Positions 40,643-50,450 of a stretch of 64,000 nucleotides of DNA are shown piece by piece. Each line of letters opens with the position of its first letter. Position 1 is the stretch's first letter. The stretch comes from Colwellia polaris (GTDB taxonomy: Archaea; Nanohalarchaeota; Nanosalinia; Nanosalinales; Nanosalinaceae), in the NCBI GenBank assembly GCA_047617785.1, contig JBLGBK010000002.1:32001-96000 (forward strand). Reading direction: 5' to 3'. Position numbers and translations under genes: made by a program. The notes under the pieces were generated by a model. It did not search any database. It was not told the DNA's origin and was given only the letters and a program-made list of their open reading frames with translations.

Positions 40643-41410
40643 TTACCTGAAGACCTTCATCATCCTGTCAATAAAGCTTTCTTGCTGCAGATCCATCTCG
40701 TAATCAAGGCCGGCCATTTCAGAAGCTACCCCTTTGAATCTTTCAGAGACGTGGTGGTCCGGGGCATGATGTACTACTGGTTTCTTGACTGCAAGAGCTT
40801 CCTCAACCTTTTCGTGGTGAGGCACCTCCATTAGTACTTCGTAACCAATCATTGATTCCACTTCTTCAGTGCTTAGCTCTGCATCGTGATCCTTAACCAT
40901 GTTCAGAACCACTCCGTTTACTTCTGTTCCTGCTTCCTCCGCGACATTTACTGTTTTCAGCGCATCAGTTACTGCTGGAAGATTTGGATTGGTTACGATT
41001 AGCACTTCGTCTGATGCTTCGATAGCATTTAGTGATTCGTTTCCTAGGCCTGCTGCAGAGTCGACAAGTACGAAATCTGGTTCTCCGATTGCGTCTAGAA
41101 GTACGTCAGCCAGATTGTCCGGAGAGGTGTCTTTTAGGTCATCTACGGATAGTCCGGCAGGTACAACTCTTAGGCCAGAGTCATGGATGTACATTGCTTC
41201 GGTGATATGCGCATCGCCTTTGAGAACGTCGTGTAGCGTCTTTGGGTATAGAGGTATTCCTATATGGAATCCTAGGTTTGGATTAGTAAGATTAGCGTCT
41301 AGTACTACTGTGTCTGCGCCGAAGTTTGTTAGTGCGGCTCCTAGGTTTGCTGTTACGGTGGTCTTTCCTACTCCTCCTTTTCCACTGCTTACACATATCA
41401 ACCGTGTCAT
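40643..41410 (-). CDS. minD: MinD-family ATPase (paralogue 1)
   Basis: SGKGGVGKTT, LDANLTNPNL, VDSAAGLG, C-terminal FIDRMMKVFR; ATG at 41410. Confidence 0.9.
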   Translation of the reverse strand: MTRLICVSSGKGGVGKTTVTANLGAALTNFGADTVVLDANLTNPNLGFHIGIPLYPKTLHDVLKGDAHITEAMYIHDSGLRVVPAGLSVDDLKDTSPDNLADVLLDAIGEPDFVLVDSAAGLGNESLNAIEASDEVLIVTNPNLPAVTDALKTVNVAEEAGTEVNGVVLNMVKDHDAELSTEEVESMIGYEVLMEVPHHEKVEEALAVKKPVVHHAPDHHVSERFKGVASEMAGLDYEMDLQQESFIDRMMKVFR

Positions 41411-41538
41411 CGTATACAATCATTTGAAGTCCTTGATTTAAATTAACTGTCACCGAGGTCAAATTACTGACTGAAGTACAACATTGTCTGGATTTCGCGG
41501 CGCAGATTAAATAAGTTTAAACACATGTATTCTAGTTT

Positions 41539-44382
41539 ATGAGCGAGTTTGCATCCAAACTAAATGTTATACAGGATAAATGGCAGGAAAAATGGAATGA
41601 GGAAAGAATTTTCGAAGCCGACCCGAACAACGATGATAAGTTCTTTATCACGGTTGCTTACCCCTATCCAAGCGGCGGAATGCATATCGGCCACGTAAGA
41701 ACATTTACCCTGCCGGACGTTTTCGGACGTTTCAAACGGATGCAAGGATATAACGTTCTCTTCCCAATGGCCTGGCACGTTACAGGAACACCTATCATCG
41801 GGGCTCTTGACAGACTGAAAGAAGGTGAAGAAGAGCAATGGGAAGTGCTTACAGATACTTACAACGTTCCTGAAGACGTTCTTAATCAGATGGAGGAACC
41901 TATGGACTTTGCAGAGTACTTCATCGAGAACAGCTACAAGCCAAACATGAAGAAACTAGGTTTCGGCGTCGATTGGAGAAGAGAATTTACTACAAACGAC
42001 GACCAGTACAGCCGGTTCATCGAGTGGCAGTACAAACGCCTTCACGACAAGAACCTAGTCGAAAAAGGAATGCATCCAACTAAATACTGTCTAAACGACG
42101 AAAACCCTGTAACCACACACGACCTCTTGGAAGGAGAAACCGCAGAGAAACAGGACTACACACTCGTTAAGTTTGAAGGAGAAGACTTCAAGCTTCCAAT
42201 GGCTACACTAAGGCCAGAAACAGTTTACGGAGTAACGCATACACTTGTCAACCCAGAAGCAACATACAAGATCGTAAAAGTAGATGACAAGGAGAACTGG
42301 GTTCTCAGCCCCGAAGCAGTAGAAAAACTACGATTGCAAGATCGACAGCTAGTTGAAGTATCAGAGATCGAAGGAGAAGAACTTGTTGGAGAAAGAATTA
42401 CTAACCCTGTAACAGGTGATAAAGTACTGATTCTGCCTGCAAGCTTCGTTGATACAGACTCAGGTTCAGGATTAGTAATGTCCGTACCTGCACACGCACC
42501 ATACGACTACATATCGCTTGAAGATTTGAAAAACAGTCCAGATACACTAAAAGAATATGGACTAGATATAGAAGAAGTCAGAAATATTGAACCTGTGCAG
42601 ATCATCAACGTAGAAGGCTACGATGTTTATCCTGCTATTGAAGCATGTGAAAAATACGGCGTAGAGTCTCAGGATGATGAAGACGCTCTTGAGAAAGCCA
42701 CAGAAGAAGTCTACGAGAAAGAGTTCCACAGCGGAGTACTTAACTCGGCATGCGGAGAATTCACAGGCAACAAAGTAAATGACGTAAAAGAAAAACTTAA
42801 ACGCGAATTTGAAGACTCCGGCGAGTTCGACTCGATGTACGACTTCTCGGAAAAGGTCGTCTGCCGGTGTGGCGGAAAAGTAGTTGTTTCACTACAGGAA
42901 TCTTGGTTCCTCAGCTATGGAGACAAAGGTTGGAAGGACAAAGTTCACAAGAACCTCGACCAAATGAACATAATTCCAGAGGAGCAGCGTCAGGACTATG
43001 AACACACCATTGACTGGCTTGAAAGCTGGCCCGCGATCAGAAACTACGGTCTTGGAACCGAGCTACCCTTCGATGACGATTTCATTGTAGAGCCACTCAG
43101 CGATTCAACCATCTATATGAGCTTCTACACAATCAGGAACATAATAGACGATGTAGATTCAGATAAGCTTGAACCAGAATTCTTTGATTATGTATACAAC
43201 GGCAAAGGAGATCCAGAAGAACTTGCAGAAGTTCTTGATATCGATCTAGGAGTTATTGAAGATGCTCGTGAAAGCTTCGAGTACTGGTATCCTCTTGACT
43301 GGCGTACTTCAGGCCATGACCTGGTTCAGAACCATCTGACTTTTATGATGTTCCATCATACCGCCTTGTTCGATGAGGAGAACTGGCCGCAGGGAATCGC
43401 AACCTGGGGAATGGGAACACTTGAAGGTGAGAAAATGAGCAGCAGCAAAGGCCACGTAGTTCTTCCTGATGAAGCAATTCAGGAGTACGGTGCAGATACA
43501 GTCCGATTCTTCCTCTTTGCTTCAGCAGAGCCATGGCAGGACTTTGACTGGCGGGCTGACGAAGTCGAGAAATACCAGAACAAGCTTCGAAGCTTCTACA
43601 ACAGAACAGTTGAAATGAACGAGGAAAGTGAGGAACGAGAGAAGACAACACTTGACCGATACGCTCTCTCACGACTCCAGCACATTATAGAGAACACTAC
43701 CGAAGGTCTTGAAGACTTCCAGACACGGAAGGCTGGCCTCAATGCATTCTTTGAACTGAACAGCTTAATCAACAGGTACCGGAAGAGATCAGAAATACTG
43801 AACGAAGACGTTGTAAATCATTTGACCTCTACACAGGTCCGACTAATGGCGCCTTTCACACCACACATCTGCGAAGAGCTTTGGAGCAAGCTTGGAAACG
43901 ACAGATTTGTATCCCAAGCGGAATGGCCAGAAGCTAACGAAACTCTAATCGATGAAGAAGTCGAGAATCGGCAGGAGTTCGTAGATTCAACAGTTAAGGA
44001 CATCCGCGAGCTTGAAAAGATTGTTGACGACTTTAATACTGTTAAGATTGTGCTTGCAGATGATTGGAAGCGCGAGGTATTTGATGAGCTTCACGACATT
44101 GTAGAGGAAAGACCTGAGTTCGGTGAAGCGATGGGAAGAATGGTTGAAGACCGGAAGCAGAAATCTGATCAGATCAAGTCCTTCCTACAAGACTACCTGA
44201 ATAATCCTGGCGATCTTCCTCAGATCTTTGATGAGAAAACTGAAAAGCAAATAATACAGGAGAACAAAGATTACCTGGAAAACGAGTTTGATACAACAGT
44301 AGAAATTGTCAGAGAATCTGATTCGGATAGCGATAAGGCAGATCGTGCCGAGCCTGGTAAACCAGCAATCATCCTGGAGTAA
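41539..44382 (+). CDS. leuS: Leucyl-tRNA synthetase (archaeal type)
   Basis: YPYPSGGMHIGH, ATLRPET, SVPAHAPYD, KMSSSKG, AEPGKPAI. Confidence 0.97.
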   Translation: MSEFASKLNVIQDKWQEKWNEERIFEADPNNDDKFFITVAYPYPSGGMHIGHVRTFTLPDVFGRFKRMQGYNVLFPMAWHVTGTPIIGALDRLKEGEEEQWEVLTDTYNVPEDVLNQMEEPMDFAEYFIENSYKPNMKKLGFGVDWRREFTTNDDQYSRFIEWQYKRLHDKNLVEKGMHPTKYCLNDENPVTTHDLLEGETAEKQDYTLVKFEGEDFKLPMATLRPETVYGVTHTLVNPEATYKIVKVDDKENWVLSPEAVEKLRLQDRQLVEVSEIEGEELVGERITNPVTGDKVLILPASFVDTDSGSGLVMSVPAHAPYDYISLEDLKNSPDTLKEYGLDIEEVRNIEPVQIINVEGYDVYPAIEACEKYGVESQDDEDALEKATEEVYEKEFHSGVLNSACGEFTGNKVNDVKEKLKREFEDSGEFDSMYDFSEKVVCRCGGKVVVSLQESWFLSYGDKGWKDKVHKNLDQMNIIPEEQRQDYEHTIDWLESWPAIRNYGLGTELPFDDDFIVEPLSDSTIYMSFYTIRNIIDDVDSDKLEPEFFDYVYNGKGDPEELAEVLDIDLGVIEDARESFEYWYPLDWRTSGHDLVQNHLTFMMFHHTALFDEENWPQGIATWGMGTLEGEKMSSSKGHVVLPDEAIQEYGADTVRFFLFASAEPWQDFDWRADEVEKYQNKLRSFYNRTVEMNEESEEREKTTLDRYALSRLQHIIENTTEGLEDFQTRKAGLNAFFELNSLINRYRKRSEILNEDVVNHLTSTQVRLMAPFTPHICEELWSKLGNDRFVSQAEWPEANETLIDEEVENRQEFVDSTVKDIRELEKIVDDFNTVKIVLADDWKREVFDELHDIVEERPEFGEAMGRMVEDRKQKSDQIKSFLQDYLNNPGDLPQIFDEKTEKQIIQENKDYLENEFDTTVEIVRESDSDSDKADRAEPGKPAIILE

Positions 44383-44386
44383 ATCT

Positions 44387-44719
44387 ATGGTTGACAAGGC
44401 TAAGGCTGCTGGCACTCTTTACATGTGGACCTACCAGATCGAGCAGTCGGACAACATCCTTGAAAACCCTCATTATTCTTTAGAGAGCGCTGAAATATTC
44501 ATAGATCGCTATCTAAGACCTGATGAAGAACAGTACCTGAAAGAACACTACCTCCAAGAGATAGAAGATGAAACTGATACCTCACAGTTCAAGTTAACTG
44601 AGAAGGGGAAAGTGGCTTCAGGTAACGTATACGACCATGTACAAGAAGAGAACAACGGAAACATACAGCAGTTTATTGACTGGGCAGATGAAGAAACAGT
44701 TGAAAGCCTGCTGACCTAG
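44387..44719 (+). CDS. Hypothetical protein, possible winged-helix
   Basis: ATG at 44387 just after leuS; FKLTEKGK wing-like motif. Confidence 0.55.
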   Translation: MVDKAKAAGTLYMWTYQIEQSDNILENPHYSLESAEIFIDRYLRPDEEQYLKEHYLQEIEDETDTSQFKLTEKGKVASGNVYDHVQEENNGNIQQFIDWADEETVESLLT

Positions 44720-44985
44720 TAGTTTTTCAGGCTTTCTTCCAGCGACTTGTCCAAATGCTTATCTACGTCAACATGCTGATCTAGTTCGTTCAAGGCTTTT
44801 CTCTGAGCTCTAACCAGCTCCTCTGTTTTTTCTAGTCGCTGATTCATTAATGCCATTGCTACCCATATCTGGCCGATTGAGGCGTTTTCTGCCTCCATGT
44901 ATTCTGTTTCGTGTTCCTGTACTGAGTCAAGTAGAGAGTTTACTGATGCTTCAAGTCGGTCCGGCAGATTTTCTATCCATCCCAT
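44716..44985 (-). CDS. Small helical hypothetical protein
   Basis: 89-aa acidic coiled-coil ORF. Confidence 0.65.
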   Translation of the reverse strand: MGWIENLPDRLEASVNSLLDSVQEHETEYMEAENASIGQIWVAMALMNQRLEKTEELVRAQRKALNELDQHVDVDKHLDKSLEESLKNY

Positions 44986-45047
44986 AATTTTACAGTTATA
45001 TTATAGCCGTAGAACTCTTTTTAACATTCCTGTAGCAAAAGACGGTT

Positions 45048-45695
45048 ATGAACAAAGGCGACCTTGTACTTGTAAACTATATTGGAAAAAACAGCGATGG
45101 CGAAATCTTTGACCTTACAGTAGAGGAAAGAGCTAAGGAAGAAGGCATCCACAGAGAAGACGTCAACTATCAGCCAATCCCTGTACTGGTTGGAGAAAAC
45201 TATGTAATTGAAGGACTGGACGAAGCACTCCAAGATATGGAAGTAGGTGAAGAAAAAGAAGTTGAAATACCTAAAGAAAAAGCATATGGAGATCGTGACA
45301 GCGACCAGATTGAAACTTACCCAGAAAAAGAGTTCCAGCGCCAGGACATAAACCCGCGGCCAGGAGAAGAGCTAATGATCGGCAACCGCAGAGGTAAAGT
45401 ACTGACAAACAACTCGGGAAGAGTAAGAATTGACTTTAACCACCCTCTTTCAGGACAGGATCTTGAATACGAAGTGGAGATAGTTGAAAAGATTGAAGAT
45501 GACGAAGATAAAGTCAGTAAGATCTTCCAGCACGTTGTAGGACATGGCGACTACGAGATTGAAGACGATGTAGTAAAGGTTGAGAAAGTTCACAGCCACG
45601 AAGGCCACAGCCACGAGATTCCTGACGAAATGAAGGAGCGATTTGAAGAGCAGGTTGAAGAGCATACAGAGTTAGAAGTTCAGTTCGTCGAGTAA
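45048..45695 (+). CDS. FKBP-type (SlyD-like) peptidyl-prolyl isomerase
   Basis: GEIFDLT, VIEGLDEAL, KAYG, IDFNHPLSGQDL. Confidence 0.93.
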   Translation: MNKGDLVLVNYIGKNSDGEIFDLTVEERAKEEGIHREDVNYQPIPVLVGENYVIEGLDEALQDMEVGEEKEVEIPKEKAYGDRDSDQIETYPEKEFQRQDINPRPGEELMIGNRRGKVLTNNSGRVRIDFNHPLSGQDLEYEVEIVEKIEDDEDKVSKIFQHVVGHGDYEIEDDVVKVEKVHSHEGHSHEIPDEMKERFEEQVEEHTELEVQFVE

Positions 45696-45707
45696 TTTCT
45701 TTTTCTC

Positions 45708-45767
45708 TTTAACCGGGTTAAACCGGTTTTCTTAACTTGATTCCACGGTTTCAGCCATTTTTATATA
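45708..45767 (+). promoter_or_regulatory. ftsZ promoter region with overlapping palindromes and TATA box
   Basis: TTTAACC-G-GGTTAAA (45708-45722), AAACCGGTTT (45720-45729), TTTTTATATA (45758-45767). Confidence 0.5.
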
Positions 45768-45825
45768 CGTTGGTGGTAACACATTATACAAAAAGAAGCC
45801 TCACCCAAAGGAGTGTTCTGCAACA

Positions 45826-46935
45826 ATGGAAGATCAAATAAGAGAAGCTAAAGAGCAAGGTTCAAGCGGCGTACCACAGAAAAGCAAAAACCACGATATA
45901 GACGAAGAGCTAGAAGACTTAATAGAACAGAGAAAGGCAGAAATCAAAGTCATCGGTTCAGGAGGAGCCGGAAACAATACTATTTCTAGACTAGTAGATG
46001 TCGGAATTGAAGGATGCGAAACTATCGCAATGAACACCGACGCACAGGACCTTCTATACGCAAATGCTGATCAAAAAGTATTGATCGGCAAAGAACTCAC
46101 AGGAGGACTTGGAGCTGGAGCCGACCCTAAAGTTGGAGAAGAATCCGCCAAGGAAAGCCAGCAAAAGATCAAACAATCAGTCGATGGAGCAGACATGGTC
46201 TTTATTACCTGTGGACTCGGAGGAGGAACCGGAACAGGTTCAGCCCCCGTCATCGCAGAACAAGCCAAGAAACAGGGAGCACTAACCGTCGGAATCGTCA
46301 CACTTCCATTCGAAATGGAAGGTCAGGCACGACAGGAAAACGCAGAATATGGGCTTGAACGACTAGAAGATGTAGTCGACACACTGATCGTAATACCAAA
46401 CGACAAGCTTCTTGAGATCGTACCAGACGTATCGCTCAACACAGCCTTCAAGATCGCAGACGAAATCCTTGTAAACGCAGTGAAAGGAGTGACAGAACTA
46501 GTTACAAAACCTGGACTGGTCAACCTAGACTTCGCAGACATACGAGCAGTCATGGGAGAAGGAGGAATCGCAATGATCGGAATGGGACAGTCCGACACAG
46601 ACAGCCGAGCAACAGAAGCAGTCCAGAAAGCCCTCTCTAACCCGTTACTCGATGTAGAAATCGAAGGCGGTAAAGGCGCACTTGTCAACGTAACCGGAGG
46701 AACAGGACTCAGCTTGAAAGAGGCACAGGAAGTTGTCAACACTGTTTCCGGAAAACTAAGCGGTTCAGCCAAGATCATCTGGGGAGCACAGGTCAGAGAA
46801 GACATGCAGAGCAGCCTACAGGCAATGATCATTGTTACAGGAGTTGACAGCCCTCAGATCTACGGACCTGAAAAGACTCACCAAGATGAGTACGAGGACG
46901 AAATTGAAGAAGAACTCGGCGTAGAGTTCATATAG
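45826..46935 (+). CDS. ftsZ: Cell division protein FtsZ
   Basis: [29 protein letters not shown]. Confidence 0.98.
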   Translation: MEDQIREAKEQGSSGVPQKSKNHDIDEELEDLIEQRKAEIKVIGSGGAGNNTISRLVDVGIEGCETIAMNTDAQDLLYANADQKVLIGKELTGGLGAGADPKVGEESAKESQQKIKQSVDGADMVFITCGLGGGTGTGSAPVIAEQAKKQGALTVGIVTLPFEMEGQARQENAEYGLERLEDVVDTLIVIPNDKLLEIVPDVSLNTAFKIADEILVNAVKGVTELVTKPGLVNLDFADIRAVMGEGGIAMIGMGQSDTDSRATEAVQKALSNPLLDVEIEGGKGALVNVTGGTGLSLKEAQEVVNTVSGKLSGSAKIIWGAQVREDMQSSLQAMIIVTGVDSPQIYGPEKTHQDEYEDEIEEELGVEFI

Positions 46936-47048
46936 CCCCAAGCTCCTTCTCGTCCAACCTATATTTCTTATCTTAATTTCTCCCTTTTCTAATCTACTGA
47001 AGTAAGTCAAAAGTATTTCAAAGACAGTCACCTAAAAGTTATTCATAG

Positions 47049-47435
47049 ATGCTAAAGGAAATTGCAGCAGTAATCCTGGTAATTGGAGCTGCTACCGCAG
47101 GAACTCTTGGAAACTATGCAGATCGCGTAGGTCTCTCCGATGAAGGAGAGAAAAAAGCTAACTTCCTTGTAAAGCAGTATGAATGCACACAGCAAGAGTT
47201 CCAGATTGTAAACGCAGATTCAGATTCTATATCAATTGAAAACACAGGAGAAAAGGACATATCAGAGATAGAGCTGACCTGGGAATACCAGTCCGAAAAC
47301 AACACAAAGAACACACTTCAGAACCTACAGTCCGGAGAGACGAAAACAAGAAGTACTTTAGGCACAGGAGATCTACAGGCCGCATACGCCGAAATCCCTG
47401 GCTGCATTCTCAAAACCGAGACTTACCGCCCATAA
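47049..47435 (+). CDS. Pilin-like/surface protein
   Basis: Hydrophobic N-terminus IAAVILVIGAATAG, two Cys, ISIENTG; no clear class III cleavage site. Confidence 0.5.
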   Translation: MLKEIAAVILVIGAATAGTLGNYADRVGLSDEGEKKANFLVKQYECTQQEFQIVNADSDSISIENTGEKDISEIELTWEYQSENNTKNTLQNLQSGETKTRSTLGTGDLQAAYAEIPGCILKTETYRP

Positions 47436-47445
47436 AGGAATCGGG

Positions 47446-47453
47446 CTTATAAG
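47446..47453 (+). promoter_or_regulatory. TATA-like box upstream of the structured RNA/secE operon
   Basis: CTTATAAG with a purine-rich upstream segment, ~45 nt before the first stem. Confidence 0.45.
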
Positions 47454-47497
47454 ATTTATCTTCTAAAAACTCTACTACTTGAACAGTAAAATCACCC

Positions 47498-47623
47498 GTC
47501 TGCACCACCATCTAGGTGGGAGGGAGAGAAAACGCAGTTCAACACCGAAAGCCTTGACCAATGTTTGAAGAGGCTGCTGCGACAAGAATTTCTCTCTTTC
47601 TCACAAAACTAATGGGGGCGGAC
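47498..47623 (+). ncRNA. Unidentified rod-like structured RNA or 5' leader upstream of secE
   Basis: Nested stems: GTCTGC 47498-503/GCGGAC 47618-623; 16-bp GTGGGAGGGAGAGAAA 47516-531/TTTCTCTCTTTCTCAC 47589-604 with three G-U pairs that work only on the + strand; CGCAG 47533-537/CTGCG 47577-581. Confidence 0.65.
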
Positions 47624-47655
47624 ACTAAAAGGCGAACAAAGGTAAAACAAACGCA

Positions 47656-47877
47656 ATGGAACTCAACAAGGAGAACCTTGAGAAAAAGGTTTCAAAGGCA
47701 CGAAACGCTGTAAAATCCAGGATACGAGAATATCAGCGAGTGCTTAAAATATCAGAAAAACCCGATCGAGAAGAATTCGAAACCAGCGCAAAGATCACAG
47801 GTCTCGGAATTCTATTAATCGGGGTAATAGGCTTCCTGTTTTACCTGGCCGCAAACCTGATCCCTAACTACATTTAA
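47656..47877 (+). CDS. secE: Protein translocase subunit SecE/Sec61-gamma
   Basis: EYQRVLKISEKPDREEF plus C-terminal TM; conserved position before spt5. Confidence 0.93.
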   Translation: MELNKENLEKKVSKARNAVKSRIREYQRVLKISEKPDREEFETSAKITGLGILLIGVIGFLFYLAANLIPNYI

Positions 47878-47898
47878 GAAGAGGTTTAAACCAGAAAA

Positions 47899-48333
47899 AT
47901 GATTTTAACAGCAAGAACAACACGTGGAAGAGAGAAAAACGCTATCGAGCAGATGCGTAGCAAAATGAAGACAAGAGACTACGATATCAAAGCACTCTTC
48001 CACCCTGACGATATCGAAGGATATGTCTTCATCGAAGGAAATGAAGGCGACATCAAAGATCTAGCAGACGAGATAAGAAACGTCCGAGGAGTACTCGACA
48101 AAGAAGTAGAGATCACACAGATCGAAAAGTACCTAGATGAAGAGCAGGAAGACATCAAACTGGAGGAAGGTGACACTGTCGATGTAATCGGCGGGCCTTT
48201 CGAAGGAGAAGAAGCTAAAATCAAGAGAGTCGATGAAAACAACCGGGAAGTTACAATCGAACTGCTCGAAGCAGCAGTACCTATCCCGACAACAGTTGAC
48301 GTCGACACAGTACGTAAGAAGGCAAGCAATTAG
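47899..48333 (+). CDS. spt5: Transcription elongation factor Spt5
   Basis: NGN domain (GYVFIE) and KOW (GDTVDVIGGPFEG). Confidence 0.95.
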   Translation: MILTARTTRGREKNAIEQMRSKMKTRDYDIKALFHPDDIEGYVFIEGNEGDIKDLADEIRNVRGVLDKEVEITQIEKYLDEEQEDIKLEEGDTVDVIGGPFEGEEAKIKRVDENNREVTIELLEAAVPIPTTVDVDTVRKKASN

Positions 48334-48348
48334 AGGTAACACAATACT

Positions 48349-48849
48349 ATGGGAGACAAGACCACAATTAACACACTCGTGGAAGGAGGGTCAGCATCCG
48401 CTGGACCTCCGCTAGGACCAGAACTAGGACCGCTACCCGTCGACGTAGGCGCGGTAGTAGGTAAAATCAACGAAAAAACCAAGGACTTCGAAGGCATGGA
48501 AGTACCAGTCGACGTCATAGTCGACGAGGAAACTGGAGACTTCGAGATCGAGGTCGGAAAGCCACCAGCAGCCCAGCTAATCATCGATGAACTGGGAATC
48601 GAAAAAGGCTCAGGTGAACCTAACAAGAACAAAGTAGCTGACATGAGCTTTGAACAGGCGTGCAAAGTCGCACGTATGAAGGACACCGACCTACTCGGAA
48701 TGGATCTTCGGGGAGCTGTCAAAGAGATCATCGGAACAGCTCAGTCAATGGGAATCACCATCGACGGAGAAGACGCATACGAAGTCCAGCAGAAAATCAA
48801 AAACGGCGAATACGACGATCAGCTTGAAGCCGAAGAAGGTATCGAATAG
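48349..48849 (+). CDS. rpl11: 50S ribosomal protein L11 (uL11)
   Basis: GGSASAGPPLGPELGP, IIGTAQSMG. Confidence 0.97.
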   Translation: MGDKTTINTLVEGGSASAGPPLGPELGPLPVDVGAVVGKINEKTKDFEGMEVPVDVIVDEETGDFEIEVGKPPAAQLIIDELGIEKGSGEPNKNKVADMSFEQACKVARMKDTDLLGMDLRGAVKEIIGTAQSMGITIDGEDAYEVQQKIKNGEYDDQLEAEEGIE

Positions 48850-48860
48850 GTGAATAAAAA

Positions 48861-49487
48861 GTGAATTTCGAAGAAGCAGTACAGAAAGCACTGGAAGAAA
48901 GAGAAGAAAGAAACTTCAGCGAAAGCATCGATCTGATATTCAACTTCAAGGATATCGATCTAAGCGACCCTGACAACAGATTCAATGAAGACTTCAAACT
49001 TCCTTTCCAGGCAGACGACGAAGTTAAAATCGCAGTAATAGGAGACACACTCGTCAACAACGCAGAAAACGCAGACGGCGAGATTACAGAAGACGAACTG
49101 GAAGAGTACTTCGACAACCCAAGCGATGCAAAGGAACTGGCAGACGAATACAGTTTCCTGATAGCAGAAGCACCTCTGATGCCTAAGATTGGAGGACAGT
49201 TAGGACAGGTACTCGGACCGCGCAACATGATGCCAGATCCAATGCCACCAGGAAGCGATCCAACAGAAGAAATCGAACAGCTAAGAAATACAGTCACACT
49301 AAGACTTCGTGAAGACCCACTAATGCAGATCAAGGTCGGAACCGAAGACAAAGACGCAGAAGACGTTGCAAGAAACGCTTCCTCAGTCTACGATTTCGTA
49401 AGAGGTCACCTGGAGAAGGGAGACAACCAGATCAAGTCAATCCTGGTCAAAACCACCATGGGTAGCCCAGTAGAGGTGGAGAACTAA
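48861..49487 (+). CDS. rpl1: 50S ribosomal protein L1 (uL1)
   Basis: RNFSESIDL, LGQVLGPRNMMP, VKTTMG. Confidence 0.97.
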   Translation: MNFEEAVQKALEEREERNFSESIDLIFNFKDIDLSDPDNRFNEDFKLPFQADDEVKIAVIGDTLVNNAENADGEITEDELEEYFDNPSDAKELADEYSFLIAEAPLMPKIGGQLGQVLGPRNMMPDPMPPGSDPTEEIEQLRNTVTLRLREDPLMQIKVGTEDKDAEDVARNASSVYDFVRGHLEKGDNQIKSILVKTTMGSPVEVEN

Positions 49488-50419
49488 TGGTACAACCAAC
49501 CCCAAAGAACATGACCCGTGAAGAAAAAGAGGAGAAGGTAGAGTTCTTCAAACAGAGAATTGAAGACAACCCAGTAATAGGAATCCTCGACATGAACAAC
49601 CTTCCTTCACGACAGCTACAACAGATCAAGAAGGACATGAAGGACTTCTCCGACATCAAGATGAGTCGAAAGACCTTGATCAACATCGCAATAGAGAAGT
49701 CAGATAAAGAGGGCATCGAACAGCTTGAAGAAGAAAACGAAGCTGTACAGCCAGCATTCATCTTCTCCGAGAAAGATCCTTTCCAGCTATACCAATTGAT
49801 CAAAGAGAACAAGACTTCTGCAGCAGCAGACGGAGGAGAAGTCGCACCTAACGACATCGAAATCCCTGAAGGAGACACAGGAATCGGTCCAGGGCCTATG
49901 CTTGGAAAACTGCAGAGCGCAGGAGCGCAGGTACAGGTAGACGACGGATCAATCCACGTGCAGAAGCCAGCAGTACTAGTCGAAAAAGGAGAAGTAATAA
50001 CAGAAGACGACGCAGAAATCCTGAACCAAATGGGAATCGAGCCACTCGAAATTGGGCTCGACCTAGACATCGCATACAACGACGGAGAAATCTTTGCAGC
50101 AGAAGCACTTGATATCGACACCGATCAGTACAGAGCAGATGTCGAAGCAGCAGCAAGCAGAGCATTCAACCTTGCAGTCAACGCAGGACTTGTCAACGAA
50201 ACAACAGCACCAACACTTCTCAAAGAAGCAGTCAGGAAAGCGAAGAACCTCGCAATTAGCGAAGGACTTCCAGAAGAAGAGACAATCGAAGAAGCAATTA
50301 GCTACGCTGCATCTGGAGCAGAAGCAGTCGATTCAGAAGTCGACCTCGAATCAGTTGACCTTGAAGACGAAGAAACTGAAGACAAGGACACAGAAGAATC
50401 AGAGGAAGAAGAGGAATAA
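49487..50419 (+). CDS. rpl10: 50S ribosomal protein L10/P0 (uL10)
   Basis: LPSRQLQQIK, GDTGIGPGP, acidic tail. Confidence 0.96.
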   Translation: MVQPTPKNMTREEKEEKVEFFKQRIEDNPVIGILDMNNLPSRQLQQIKKDMKDFSDIKMSRKTLINIAIEKSDKEGIEQLEEENEAVQPAFIFSEKDPFQLYQLIKENKTSAAADGGEVAPNDIEIPEGDTGIGPGPMLGKLQSAGAQVQVDDGSIHVQKPAVLVEKGEVITEDDAEILNQMGIEPLEIGLDLDIAYNDGEIFAAEALDIDTDQYRADVEAAASRAFNLAVNAGLVNETTAPTLLKEAVRKAKNLAISEGLPEEETIEEAISYAASGAEAVDSEVDLESVDLEDEETEDKDTEESEEEEE

Positions 50420-50450
50420 CCACCCTCTCTCCTTCTTTTTCTACATTATT

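Noticed and set aside
47498-47623. Assignment as 5S rRNA, tRNA or canonical SRP RNA; also a 50-codon ORF from 47561
   Set aside because: No cloverleaf, no convincing 5S or SRP helix-8 consensus; the short ORF is basic, overlaps secE and is atypical for this proteome.
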